Shown piece after piece: positions 24,250-40,419 of a stretch of 64,000 nt of DNA. Positions within the stretch are counted from its first letter, which is position 1. The number at the start of each line of letters is the position of its first letter. The notes under the pieces were generated by a model, which saw only the letters and a list, made by a program, of their open reading frames with translations, searched no databases and had not been told where the DNA came from. The DNA comes from Octopus sinensis (lineage: Eukaryota), in the NCBI RefSeq assembly GCF_006345805.1, contig NW_021833008.1, positions 1 through 64,000 of the forward strand. The letters run 5' to 3'. The translations under genes were made by a program, and so were the position numbers.

Positions 24250-25970
24250 AATGTCTTGCAAACTACTTGCACATGCAAGTGCTACCAGTCAAAAGCTCCG
24301 TATACCGGAAGCCAGCAAGTGTATGGGGTCATCAGGAGAGAATGTGCGCCGTTTCGGGGCCTACCTCTCAACGGCATCAATGCACACCAACCAAATCCAG
24401 TGGCTAGCCTTCTCCATTGTAGATTGGATATCAGTCATGATGGTATGGACTTTACGATGAGTTAGGCCTAGCGATAACAACAGTCGTCTCACGCTGTGTC
24501 CAACAAACCCTCTACATCCGACTTCGATAGGAAAATGTTCCGCTTTCCAGCCTGCGTCTTCACATTCCTCGAGGAGGTTTAAATAACGGTTCAATTTTCG
24601 AGCCCAAGCGGCATCCATATTATCTTCATGAGGAACCGTTAGCTCGACTATATTTACAACTTTCTTTCTTTCACCCCACATCAAAATATCTGGTTTTTTC
24701 ATAACTGGGATGGGTAAGAAAACCTGGCACCCAGGTAAATCTGCAGTTACCTCCCAATAGCCGTTCCACTTTTCATTTCTCTCAGGAAGTTTCTTCATCT
24801 TCTTCTTGAAACGGATCCCCTGACCTGGTCGCACGAAGGTAATGAAATCTCTTGATGGTACTTTCAACGGTTTTTCCTCAGTGTTGTTGAGATGAATTTG
24901 GTTCTTTATGGCATTGAAGATAACCTTAAGGACCAAGTTGTGCCTCCATGTATACCTGTTCAATGCTAATGAACAGTTGGAAAGAATATGTTTTAGTGTA
25001 CCGACCTTTCTACATTTGCAGATGTCATTCTCTGAGACGTTCCATCTTACTAGATTCGTAGGTGATGGCAAAACATCATAAGATGAACGAATCAGGAAAC
25101 TCAGCCAAGATGTCGTCCACTTCCACTTCTCATCCCAACTTATCTTCCTCTCAACAACATGTTCTTCCCATCTCGTCATCTGACCTTGATGAACACTCTC
25201 TTCTCTCTGCTTCTCTTGTTTTGACGCTGTTGCTAACAACAGATCTGCATTCACTCTGCATCATGCTTGCAAACGGTCTGAACTGATCCACGCCAAAACC
25301 AATTTCTTTCCGATGGTTCTGCGTTGCTCCCACCGTATCTATGTGTATAAGAGAAGACAAGATGTCATCAGTTTCTGCTTCTGCTTTCCACTTCCTGGCT
25401 GTTTTCACCTCTGGTGGGTTACGCCTGATTTCCATATCCTTCGATTCTCTCAGCATCATGACCGTCCGTATCTTCCCCAGCTTATATATTTCGACTATTG
25501 ATGCTATTGGTAGCTGCAACAAACCTCTTTTACGATAAAGAGCTGAGCTGTTCAATATACGAGGTAGGCCTAGCCACTTTCTAATGAACACATTACATTT
25601 TTGTTCAATGCTTTCAACTCGTGTCAATGCTACCTCGTATATTAAAAGTGGCCACGCAAGTCGCGGGTAAAGCCAAACTGCAAGCACCAAATTTTATATT
25701 TACCTGGTAACTTCAAATTATCAATCGCTGATAACCTAGCCTCGGCCTGTTTCATAATTTCAATCCCACGACTTCTGTCTGACAATGTTCCAGCATATAC
25801 TCATCCCAAGCTCTTGACGGGCTCTTCCTTGACTGTTGGAATGCTTTCTTCGGATATTCGAAATGTAAATTCTTTCTGCTCTCCCTTAACAAATGTCAGA
25901 CTACGCGACTTTTTTGCTCTAAATTGCATCCTTGACCACCTTACAAGTTCGTCTAATCTCAATTTTTCCC
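24250..25970 (-). mobile_element. Hero-type non-LTR retrotransposon with restriction-like endonuclease, 5'-truncated
   Basis: CKCRKVGTLKHILSNC zinc knuckle, RYTWRHNLVL, KPDILMW...VELTVP...RKLNRY, PIEVGCRGF; upstream WLYPRLAWPLLIYEV and WSRMQFRAKKSRS. Confidence 0.85.
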
Positions 25971-25993
25971 TGCAAGTTTAGAGTTATACACCC

Positions 25994-25996
25994 TAA

Positions 25997-26030
<34 letters not shown>

Positions 26031-26072
26031 GTTATTATTATTATCATTATTATTATTATCATTATTATTATT
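25994..26072. repeat. (AAT)n/(ATT)n microsatellite
   Basis: Direct reading. Confidence 0.95.
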
Positions 26073-26854
26073 ATATATATATATATAATCAAAATAGCAA
26101 CAAAGATATCCAGAGATAATGCAGTATGATCATTTCATGCAACTCCATTTAATTGAACAATGCAATCATTATGTCAATTTAATATGTAGAGCAATCTTTA
26201 GCTACACAAAGACTGGTTTTAATTAAATTAGAACAGATGGACACATTAGTATAATTTTACCTAAAATCTCCAAGAAGTTAAGGAGATAGACAAAGAACAT
26301 CTTGTACCTACAACAGCATAGTCGTAACTAAATTTATTTTCAAGAAGACACTGCCTGTCATTGATTTTTTGTTTTGTTGTTTTTTCATGGGGTCAGTTTT
26401 ACTTTATAGACTAGTTTATCATATCCCTTGTATATTTAAGGCTGAGAGAAACAGAGGGTAGTATCTGTTTGGGGTAGGGTTGATGAAGTAAACAGACATT
26501 CTAGATGGTATAGACATAAAAATCAAGATTTATTAGAAGCAGTGTCATGAGGTTTTGTAAGAAAAAACTTGAAACAAGATGTTAGCTGATAATTAAGGAG
26601 TCACCCACTAGCAGACCATTGATAATGAAACAGGGGAAGTCTTATCATGTAGTACTATAGTTGAATACTATAAAACAATGTTGCTATATTGTATACAGAT
26701 GAAGTTATTCAAAAGATTATTAAGAAGAATATTGTAACAAAAGATAGAAATTTATGAATACTTTTGAGTATATATCAAACTTTTACCACAATAGAGGGAG
26801 GAAAAGAAATTATATTAGAAAAGTTTAATATTTATACATATTGCATACTTAATA

Positions 26855-27420
26855 TAGATGTCTCCCCTATGTACATCATGTTCATGTCTTTACAAGCACC
26901 TTCTATGCATCTTCTGCTGTAAACTACATTTCGAGGTCTACGGTTAATGCCAGGGTTTGAAAAGTCAGGGAACTCCGTCAGATCACAACTATGTAGGATG
27001 TACCCCTTTGAGAATACCATATGCACCAATGATAACTGCATGGTAAGTAGGATTAACCCTGGCATTAACTGTAGACGTCGAAATGTAGTTTACAGCATAA
27101 GATGCACAGAAGGTGCTTGTAAAGACATGAACATGATGTACATAGGGGAGACATCTAGGAGCATTGTGGAACGACTAAATGAACATCTGAGACAATATGA
27201 TGACAAAAAACAGTCCTCCATACTCTACCAACATGCCAAAGACCACCGTGGAGGCAACTTGGGTCAACTTGACATCCACATCTTATCCAAGCACCCAAAA
27301 GACCCAACACTCAGACAAATACGGGAGTACATCCTTATAAAGGAAACCTCCCCAATACTAAATAGGAAATATACATAGTAGATATCATACCTCCATACCA
27401 CAGTTTACACAGGAGATAAT
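26855..27420 (+). mobile_element. Penelope-like GIY-YIG fragment with an inverted 5' duplication
   Basis: ORF 26947-27378 NVVYSIRC...MYIGETSRSIVERLNEH...RQIREYILI; 26855-26957 is the reverse complement of 27055-27157. Confidence 0.88.
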
Positions 27421-27479
27421 CAAACATGTTGGGAATGACTAATTTAACATGATTTGGTTTAGAAGGAATAGAATGTTAC

Positions 27480-29170
27480 AAGTGGTTAGGTTTTGCTTTA
27501 TATTTTTTTCAATGAGGTGAGTTTCCTTATTTAAAAATGTTAGAAATGGTTAAGTTTTGGCTTATATTTTTCAATGAAGAAGGTTTCCTTATTTAATCTA
27601 ACTTGTGTTGGTGTTCCAATGGTACATTGATAGAATGGAAAGATTATAAATTGTGGTAGTAGTTGCTTTGCACATTACTCAATATGTTCACTAAAGGGTA
27701 TCATTCTGTATTCTGGGAATGCAATCTGCTGTCGATGCAGAGTGCATCTGCATCTGAGCGATAATCCCGTGGACCCTATGTAGTTTTGGTGGCAGCCCAA
27801 GAATCTTATGGCGTAAATCAGGTTTTCTGAAGTCCAAGTAAAATTTGATTTGATTTTGAATTTTTGTCCCTCCTTGAAGAGGGATTCTGATCCTTCTAGA
27901 AGATTTGGGCATGTTGTGCAATTCGGTCTACCACATTTCTTCACTTTTGCATCCGTTATTTTAGAAAATAATTTTGCCTTTGTGACGATTTTTTAGTGAT
28001 TTTGGTTGTTTGTAGCTTTTAATGATTTTATGTATATGTAAAATTTTCTTTAATTTGGGGTCCTTATGTAGCATTGGTAAATTTTGGGTGATGATGGTGA
28101 AGGCTTCTTTGTTTCTGGGGTTGTATGTGGATATGTACGGCAGTATTTTCGGTGAAGGTGTGTTGCTGTGTTGAACTTTTCTTAAGGTTTCTCTGTCAAT
28201 TGTGTTGCACGTCTGATTCCATCCTCTATGAGTTGAACTGGGTAGTGTCTGTCAATTAGGGTGTTTTTGAGTTCTTGCTATCTAAAGTTTCTGGTATTTT
28301 GTTCTGACACTATTGTGCATATCCTTCTTGCAAGGTTGAATGGGATGTTTGTTTTGGTGTGTCTTGGGTGGCATGAATCAAAAAGTAGATATTGTTTGGC
28401 ATCTGTGGTTTTGTAAAATATGTCCATTTCTGTTTTTAGGTTTATTTTTTTAATTAGTATATCTAAGAATGGAAGCTCCTTTTGGTTGTACTTCATTGTG
28501 AACTGTATGTTTGGGTTGATGCTGTTCAATAGGCTTTTGAAATTTAGGAGTTTATCTTTGTTTTCATTCCAGATTATGAAACAGTCGTCTAGGAAACTTT
28601 TTCAATTTTCTTTTATGTATTCGGAAAGGGGGTTTCCAAAGGTAGATAAAGATTCCTGGCATCTTATTACCTCCAGGTAGCTCATTGTTAGGTTTGCAAT
28701 GACTGGTGCTGCCCTAGTACCCATAACAAATTGGATTTTGAATGGAAAAATGCATTGTTAATCATGACGTGGTTAATTTGTAGGATGAATTCAACCAATT
28801 TAGTTATGAATTTTTTACTGATCCTTTTTGGTATTTCTTCCAGAAATTGATCCAGCCAGAACTGAATTGCCTCTTTCCCATAATTATTAGGTATACTAGT
28901 ATATAAATTAACTACATCAAATGAAACCATAATTGTTTCTTCCTTGACTTTTTTTGGAAGGTGATTTAACATATCCAAGTCACCTCTGGTATGGCTATTG
29001 ATGTGTTTAAGGAGGATGACCATAAATAGACTTAGTCTTTGTGTTTCACAGGCTGGGCCAGCTACAATTTGTCGTAGTTTTAGGTCCCCTGGGTTTGGTG
29101 TATGTATGTACGTCTGGTGATTTTTTAATGGTTTCATTTAGAAATTTGAAAAGAAAATATGAAACTGGTT
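27480..29170 (-). mobile_element. Penelope-like element (RT, Cys-rich linker, GIY-YIG), degenerate
   Basis: MVSFDVVNLYTSIP; FLDDCFIIW; LPFLDILI; YLLFDSCHPRHTK; CGRPNCTTC; NLIYAI...YIGSTG; last ~64 bp of the ORF duplicated at 27481-27600. Confidence 0.9.
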
Positions 29171-29259
29171 ATTTCTCCAAAAATTATGTTACTATATGCA
29201 TTGTTATGGGGAATGGGAGTGGGGAAATGTTTTCATTTCAAGGATGCACCTTTATCCCA

Positions 29260-29985
29260 CGGGGTCAGACATACCATTTAACATCCGCAGATCGCTATGT
29301 TCATCAACAAATCCCAAGGCTGAACACTATCAGTGGCGGTCATCCATTTAGGGGAGCCATGCTTTTCACATGGGCAACTTTATGTGGCCTGCTTCTGTGT
29401 GGGGAGTAGAAACACTCTTTTGTGTATGCTCCTCAGGGCAGAACACGCAATGTCGTCTATAGCGACGTAGAAAGAACAAGAAGTCATCACTGCAGATGAT
29501 ATGGTTATAAACAGGTGATACGGAAGCATTGGCCAGACATATTCTCAAACCATGGCAGCATGACTCATGGACTCTTCCTCTCCTTTATTGGACAATGTTG
29601 ACTTCTGCAACAACAATGCTCACTCGGCTGATATTAGTACTTGGTCAAGTTGCTCATAGAGTTAGGCTTCAAGGGCCAGGCCCCTTGTTTTTTTGTTAAG
29701 GCTATTGGTGAGTTTTCCTAAGTTACTCCAATCTGGATCCTCAATGCAAACCTTTGAATTAACCTTCTCTAATGCAACCTTATCCAATCCAAATCTTTGA
29801 GTCAACCTTTTTCACTGCAGATCTCCAATGCAAACCTTCGATGCAACCTTCTCCAATGCAGATCTTCAGTGCAACCTTCTCTAATGTATATTTTTGATAC
29901 AGCCTTGACTGATAGTACCCCTAGGAGGGGTTAGGACTAGATTGGGATTAGTCGCTGCCTTTTAGAGGCTCCCAGGCCCCCTTTC
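29260..29985 (+). mobile_element. Degenerate Helitron helicase C-terminus and subterminal region
   Basis: AMFINKSQG, CFSHGQLYVAC, YAPQGRTRNVVY; ggactagattgggattagtcg shared with 4347-4370; hairpin/CTAG terminus absent. Confidence 0.8.
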
Positions 29986-30029
29986 CCTAGGTTAGCTTAA
30001 GCTTAGGTTAAGGCTTAGTTGTAATCCGA

Positions 30030-30743
30030 ACATAACCTCTTCTGACACAGAGGATCGGAAGCCCTTTTGGGCATTCTATTTTCCTTGCCGGATGGGCTCC
30101 CAGCCCATGGCCTAGTGAGGGTAGCAGGTTAGATGATGGGGTTAGGGTTCGAAAGGGCAGGCATGAGCAACCTCATCACCTCTGCCAGTCAAACTCCAAA
30201 CCCGTGTGTTCCCATCGTGACAATGATTCTGCAAAACTGGATTGGGTATGAAAACCAACTTTAAAGTATAAATATAGATTTTTTGAATCAGCAATGTTGT
30301 GTTCAGTTAAGTCCTATTTGGGGTGAAAAACCAATAAACTGATTCCTTATGGGGTTTTCCATTCAATCAGGGTGAAAAATCAATAAACCAATTCCTTATA
30401 GAATTTCCCACTAAAATTGGCTACAGCCTATGTTCAACCATAACTTTTACCAGTTTTGTTCAGACTTGATGCCGACATTACTTAGGACTAATGGGATCTT
30501 TGAATGCTTTAAATCCCCCCCCCCCAAAAAAAAGCAATCGATGAGTGAAAAAATTGATAAAACGATTCTTTATGGATTTCTCAATCTATTTGTCTGCAAT
30601 CTATTTTCAGCCAAACGTTTACCAATTTCAACAGATTTCACTCAGATTTGATGTCCGTGTTACTTAGTTTGGTTTGAAACAAAGCACTTGATTAGCTTAA
30701 TAATCCTAACTTAATCCTAGACAGCGCCGGGCTATGCTGGTAG
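30030..30743 (+). mobile_element. Non-autonomous Helitron 3' arm, paralogous to 9116-9845
   Basis: Reverse-complement match to the 9.1-9.8 kb element; ends cctagacagcgccgggctatgctggtag. Confidence 0.8.
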
Positions 30744-30802
<59 letters not shown>

Positions 30803-30819
30803 GAGTAGTGGGTAGCGAT

Positions 30820-33800
30820 TTTCTTCACTACTTCAGGGAGTGATGACCCAGCCTGACATGAGTCCCGGGCTCAGCTGGCTCTGGCTGACAGTACCTGGTA
30901 TGGGCCTCTATCCAGAGTTATGGAAAGGAGACAACCTTCAAAGATATCCAGAGTGGAGCCCTGAAGGCGGTTTAGTGTTCAACTCGACACTCTTCCGGCA
31001 GCTCCTGCAACCAAGCTGGTGCCAAACATAATGCTCTGCACTCCTTTGGGCTATATTAGAAAGGTTGAGAGAGGAATCCTGATGATTGGGCTACCCAGGA
31101 TTTTCTTATTTCTAGCCCAGGCCTGCGCAAAACTGGAAAGGACACTTCAGTGCTGCTGTAAAAAGCTGCAGAAAAGACATGGGAGGTAGCAGTCACTAGT
31201 GATAAGTCTATTCAGATTGGTGTAAGATATGGGCGCTACGGGTTACCTCTGATGGTGGAAGGGACCCCCGTGTCTCATTGGTTAACTACTGCCCACCTCA
31301 AGCTGGGCAGCCCCCGGTTAATAAGGTACTGACCCATCACAGGCCGCCTGCTTCATTGGGTGCTTGGAGCTAAGAGTTTGACTTGAAAAATGGCCTGCAA
31401 CCTCTGCATCAGGCAAACAACTGAAAGACAAGAAACTACCAGTCCTGCAGTTAGCAAGCTGGAATGTCAGGACCATGTGCCCTGGCATATCTAATGACCT
31501 ACTCAGGGTGAAAACACACGAAAGACGGCCATCATTGACCGTGAACTAAAGAGACTTAACATATACATTGCTGAACTGCAGGAGACAAGACTCCCCTGAA
31601 ATGGCAAACACAAAGAACAGGATTTCACTTTTTTTGGCAGGGAAGCGATCCAGAAGAACCTCGTCAGCATGGTGTTGGCTTTGCAGTGAGAAACTCATTA
31701 CTCTCCTCAACAGAACCACCATCAGGAGGCACTGAGCGTATCCTCTCACTGCGCTTCCCAACCTCTTTTGGCTCAGTACATCTACTGAGCATCTATGCTC
31801 CCACTCTCTACAGCTCAGAGGAGACCAAGAACCAGTTCTACAAAGATCTCAACTGTGTCATTAGAAATATACCAACCAATAAAAACAGCTACCTTCTAGG
31901 AGATTTTAGTGCTTACGTGGGATCTGACCATGATTCATGGCCCATTTGTGTTGGACACTTTGGTATTGGCAACATGAATGACAATGGTAGAGACTACTTG
32001 AATTTTGCACATACCATAACCTGTGCATCACCAACACATTCTTTGCCAACAAGCCATCCCACAAGGCATCTTGGAGACATCCAAGATCTCACAACTGGCA
32101 TCAGTTGGATCTCATCATTACATGAAGATCCTTTCTGAATTCTGTTCAACTGACCCGTAGTTACCACAGTGCAGATTATGACACAAATCATTCACTAATA
32201 AGAAGCAGGGTGAGGATTCTGCCTAAAAATGTCCATCGCTCCAAGAAAATGGGCCAACCATGCATTAACACTGCCAGAACCTCAGACTCTACACTGCAAA
32301 AATGTTTTGCTGTTTCTATCAAGGTTGCCCTCAGTAGCTGCCCAACCTCCTCTGCTGAAAGTAGGTGGAATTATATCAGGGAAGCTGTGTATACCACGTC
32401 AATAGATACTTTCAGCATGAGAGAAAGGCAAAACCCAGATTGGTTCAGTGCTGGGCTCTCAGAGCTGGAACCAGTTATTGAAGCAAATCGCACAGCTCTG
32501 ATGCAATACAAGAGTGATTCTTCTACAAAGACACTCAAAGAACTCAAAAAGGCAAGAAGTAAAACCCAACTGACTGCCAGACGCTGTGCAAATAGGTATT
32601 GGCAGGAAATGTGTCAGAGTATCCAGTCAGCTGCTGACAGTAGTGACACCCGTGGGATGTATGCTGGTTTGAAGAAGTCCCTCGGTCCATCTGCAACCAA
32701 GTCAGACCCTCTGAAATCAATTACTGGAGATCTCATCAAGGACCAAATCAAGCAAATGGATAGATGGGTAGAGTACTACCAGGATCTCTACTCACGGGAG
32801 ACCACAGTAGCTGAGGCTGCAATTGAGGGTGTCAAGATCTTGCCAGTCATGTGTGAACTTGACAATCTGTCATCTATTGCAGAGCTCAACAAGGTTATTG
32901 ACTTCCTAGCCAGTAACAAGGCTCTGGGAAAAGATGGCATCCACTCATAGATATTCAAAGCTGGCAAAAACACTGTCCTGCTTCAGCACCTTCATGAGCT
33001 TCTGTGTCAGTGCTGGGAAGATGATACAGTCGCTCAGGATATGCGGGATGCTAACATCATTATGCTTTAGAAAAACAAAGGTGACCGTGGTGATTGTAAC
33101 AATTACCATGGAATATCACTTCTAAGCACTGTTGGAAAGACCTTTGCTCACGTTATCCTGTCCAGGCTACAACTGCTTACTTCTCAAATTTATCCAGAAT
33201 CACAGTGTGGCTTTAGAAGAAGCAGATCAACTATTGACATGATATTCTCCATATGCCAACTTCAGGAGAAGTCCAGAGATCAGAGAATGCCATTATATAT
33301 GGCCGTCATTGACCTGACAAAGGCCGTTGGCTTGGTAAGTAGAAAAGGCCTCTTCATCGTGCTCCAAAAAATCAGATGTCCACCAAAACTGAAGATCATT
33401 AAATCTTTCCATGATGATATGCAAGGCACCATACAGCACAATGGTTCATCATTAGCCTCCTTCCAAATAAAAAACGGGGTAAAGCAAGGTTGTGTCCTTG
33501 CTCCTACATTATTTGTCATTGTCTTCTCGCTGCTGCTGTCACATGCCTTTGAGACATCATGATGGAGTGTTTCTGCACAGTAGAAGTGACAGGAAACTGT
33601 TCAATCTCTCGCATCTGCATACCAAGACCAAAATCAGAAGTGTCCTGATCAAGGAGATACTATTTGCTGATGCTGCTGCTCTGGTATCACACACAGAAAA
33701 AGCCTTGCAAAGGCTCATCAACTGTTTTGAGCAAGCATGTAGTGACTTTGGCTTAGTTATCAGTCTCAAGAAGACCGACATCATGGGTCAGGCTACATCA

Positions 33801-34190
33801 GACATCCCAAACATATATTGGAGACCACAGACTACAGGAGGTGGAGAAGTTTACCTATCTTGGCTCTACCATTACCTATAACCTATCCCTTGATGCTGAG
33901 CTCAATATACGCATTGGCAAGGCAACTGCTTGATGGCCCAACTCTCCAAATGGGCATGGGACAACAATAAGCTGACCAAGACCACAAAAATAAAGATTTA
34001 CCAGGCATGTGTACTTAGCACTCTACTATATGGAAATGAGACTTGGACACCATACACATGCCAAGAGCATCGCCTAAATATCTTTCACCTGCGCTGCCTC
34101 CGGAAAATCCTCGGCATCAAATGGCAGAATCATGTCCCCAACAAAGATGTCCTGAAGCAAGCAGGAATACCAAGCATGTTTACACACCTC
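30820..34190 (+). mobile_element. Near full-length BovB-like RTE LINE, degenerate (5' UTR, APE, RT)
   Basis: LASWNVRTM, ELQETRL, GVGFAVRNSL, LLGDFSAYVG, DMIFSICQLQEK, GVKQGCVLAPTLF, LFADAAAL, YQACVLSTLLYG; multiple stops and frameshifts. Confidence 0.92.
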
Positions 34191-34769
34191 ACATATATAC
34201 TACATGCACAATTTTATAAACTTAATTCACAGTATACTCCCTCTTTCTCCCTCACTTTTTACCTTACCCTCTTTTTCTCTCTCCTTTTCCTTTCACTCTT
34301 CACCTTTCCTTTCAACTAATCACATGAAAGCATTACAGCCGGGCTAAGTAATAGAGTAAAAAAAAATTTCATTAAAAAAAAAATTTACACATTTAGCCCA
34401 GTCATACTATCCAACTGATGCCAGCATGGACAACAGACGTTAAATGATGATGATGATGATGATACACACACACACACACACACATATATATATGAAAATA
34501 CACACACACACACACACATATATATGAAAATACACACACACAAGTAAGCACATTAATGGAAAATACAAAATGGAAAACATAGTGCTCAGATACCTAAGAC
34601 AGAATTATATACTTTTATTAAAGCTGAAAAATCTTCACAAAACTGTTTCACGGTTTCACATTTCTGTTTGTTGGACAGTTGTGATGATTACTGAATTAAA
34701 ATCATGATGGCACATGTAACTTAATATGATATAATAAAATTCAGTTTAGTCAATTAATAACTGTGATGG

Positions 34770-35260
34770 TCTTTTTGTGTGCCTTAGGCTCAATTGCTGG
34801 AGACTGATGGTTATGTGAAGCTGCTGTAGACTAATTAAACCCTGACTGGATAAGGTTGATGCAGGAAGGCCATATGTATGACAGCAGGATTATGTTCCTT
34901 GTATCTGCAGAAGGAGTCAGAAGTGGTTTTTGGAAAATTCCTGTGACTTCACAAGCTCCAGTTTCAGGTCTCCCAATTTCCCCAATTGTAATCTCAGGGA
35001 TTACTATGCATGGTACGTGATTGAGAAAGAGACCAACTGCTCTGCCTGCAACACCAAAGCTAAGCTGGTAGCCAAGATCAAAGAAGTTATCCAGAGCTAT
35101 TTTGGGGCAGTGATGGAAGCTAGAGGTGACTACTTTGAGTAAATTATTATCTCCCAGTCATAATGTAGTCGATATTCTTCTTAATATTTTTAAATACTTA
35201 ATTTTTGGATGGGATTTTGAGTTTTCTTTTTGTTTCATGCAAACTGTCAAATTTAGCCCA
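34770..35260 (+). mobile_element. Tc1/mariner-superfamily (DD37D-like) transposase C-terminal remnant
   Basis: GRPYV*QQD...SQKWFLEN...SPNFPNCNLRDYYAWYVIEKETN...VMEARGDYFE*. Confidence 0.75.
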
Positions 35261-35289
35261 GACACTGTGTGTGTGTGTGCATGCGTGCG

Positions 35290-37940
<2,651 letters not shown>

Positions 37941-38234
37941 ACCACTATTTTCCCACTCTTCCCAAGATTGTCACTTTGTTTTTATGGCCCTATCTACCTC
38001 ACTGTTCTACCACTTAGTCACATTTGGTCCTGCTGAAACTTCGCTTCATTTCGGGATTTGCTCTGTTTCCTTGTCTCATAATAATTTCATCTGTTCTGAA
38101 TTTTACACATTTCTAACACCTGTGTGTGTGTGTGTGGTGTGTGTGTGTGTGTGTGTGTGTGTGTGGTGTTTGTGTGTATGTATCTGTCTGTCTGTCTGCA
38201 TGTATTTCTATCTGTGTGCATATATGTATGTATT

Positions 38235-38276
<42 letters not shown>

Positions 38277-38324
38277 CATGTGTGTATTTATGTATATGTA
38301 TGTGTAATATGTATATATTTGTAT

Positions 38325-40260
38325 ATCATCAACTTTTAACATCCATGGGTCTGACAGTTTGCCAGGATCTGGTATGCCAGAGGACTGTACCATGCTCTAT
38401 TGTCTGCTTTAGCATGGTTTCTACTGGTTGATGCCCTTCATAACACTAACCACTTTATGCAATGTTCTGGGTGCTTTTTACATTGCACCAGCCCCACAGG
38501 AAACACTAAGTAACTTGACAAAGACCCCGGAGGAGAAATACTGAGGGAAGTGGCTTTGTGCCAGTCAATGAGAGCTTAAAAAGTTTAATCATGTAATAAA
38601 TATAGGTGTCTTGCTGAAGAAGAGATATATCGATAACCCTATTGGAAAAGAAAGGAATTAAAGAGTGAGACAGTTAGACAGAAGGATAAAGAGAGAGACA
38701 GGGAGTATGATTGAGAGAGAGAGAGAGAGTTAGGGAGAAAGATAGAGAAAGAGAGAGAGCGAGAGAAATGATGGTAGACATGTGTTGGGACATACCTGCA
38801 AGGTACAATGGGGGGTAAATATAACTTAAGTGGTACAGTGAATCGGCAGTGGGTAATAGAAGGGCAAATTTCATACCAGTGTGAGGAGAGAAGGTTAGAG
38901 ATGGGATACAGGTGATCATATTAAGTGAACATGGGAGATATAGGAGTGGCTCAGGATGGGGTGGCATGAAGACTATGGTAGATATGTGAAGGCGTTAAGA
39001 GTGATGACAGAAAATAAAGTGTTAAGGATGGAGTGTAGCAAAGAGGAGAGAGAGCAATGGCTAAAGGCAATAAAAGGCGGTGATTGGTGAAAACATTGAG
39101 AAATGGAAGTGGTTCCAGGAGAAAGATGAAGAAGATAACCAAAAGGGAGGGGATGAATGTGCCTGAGAGTAGAACTTGCTCTCAGGTGATTACAGCAGCT
39201 GAGTAATACAAAAGATAGAGAAGCCAAGGCTAGGGAAATGATTGATGAAGGGGAGAGAATGGAGTTGGGGCAGAGCTCCACATATCCAAGCTTTACAAAT
39301 GTGGTTTCAGGATATCAGTTCTACTGTGGTGATGGCCTTCTTGAGTACAAAAACCATCAATCATCTTGGTCCTTTGTCATCTTTGTAAGACTGAGCATCT
39401 TGAGATCAGCCTTCAATACATCATTCCATGTCTTTCTCGGTCTTCCTCTTCCACAAGTTTCATCCACTTTAAGTGCTCAGTACTTCTTTATGCAACTGTC
39501 CTCGTCATAAGCATCCCATGACCAAATCAATGCAGTCTTCTCTCTTGCACACTATATGTAATTCCTCTTACACATAACTTTCCACTCAATAGATTACCAC
39601 TTTCTTGTATATGCACACTGGTATTGCACATGCAATGGAGCATACTAGCTTTATTCCTCTCCAGACTTGCATGTCTCACTATAGCATTGCCATTCATTTC
39701 TCTCAGAGAGAGAGAGAGTTTTTTGTTGCCAACAGAGATAAAAGCTCTCTGATTTCTTCCATCCTCTTCTTATTCCATCAACTACACTTTCAGAACATCT
39801 TCCTCCACTGCTAATCAGTCACTTAGATAGCAGAAATTATCTTCTACCTCTAGGGAGCCTTTGGGCATGTCAATAAATCAATTTCCCATGTATCTGTAGA
39901 CCTCATGGCTCCTATGCATTTTCTATGTAGAAACACTTCTCTCTCCATTAACCTTCCTGTGATTCCACTGCATCTCTTGTTTATCCATTGCTTTCACTGG
40001 GTATACTGTATGGAATTCCTGCCTAAACCTTTCCTTCATATTGAGTATAGCCATTTACCTGAAATGAGTAGAGTCTTATCTATATTCTTATTTTCTAGAA
40101 CCTTGGTCTTTCCTAAATTAACTTTAAGGTTACTCAGTTCCAGGGTTTTCTTTCACACCAGGAATTCTTTTCCAACTTTGCTACAGATTCTGTTATGAGA
40201 GCAAGGACATCAGCATACTGTAATTCTGAAGTGAAGCTAGTCTTAGATTTCCCTTGTAAA
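38325..40260 (-). mobile_element. Old degenerate RTE LINE 3' portion
   Basis: Complement of ...NLAKTKVL...CSI*RKGLGRNSIQ...; [17 protein letters not shown]; RTE-type 3' end near 38330. Confidence 0.75.
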
Positions 40261-40419
40261 ATGGGGCCTCGCTTCTGTTCCAACATAGCTCTAAAGGTTT
40301 TTAACTCTTATTTCTTACAATATAGGTGCTACCTGGCACCCTCAGTCACAATAGGTGACAATCAAATTTTTGCTTTACGGTTTTATATTGTGTATAGCTA
40401 CCTTTTATAATTTGTACAT

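Noticed and set aside
26560-26830. Short Lys/Ile-rich frames that might be a viral remnant
   Set aside because: Frequent stops, no recognisable motif, and AT-rich composition explains them.
31005-31090. Possible HDV-like ribozyme in the BovB-like 5' UTR
   Set aside because: I could not build consistent P1, P2 and P3 pairings by hand in this degenerate copy.
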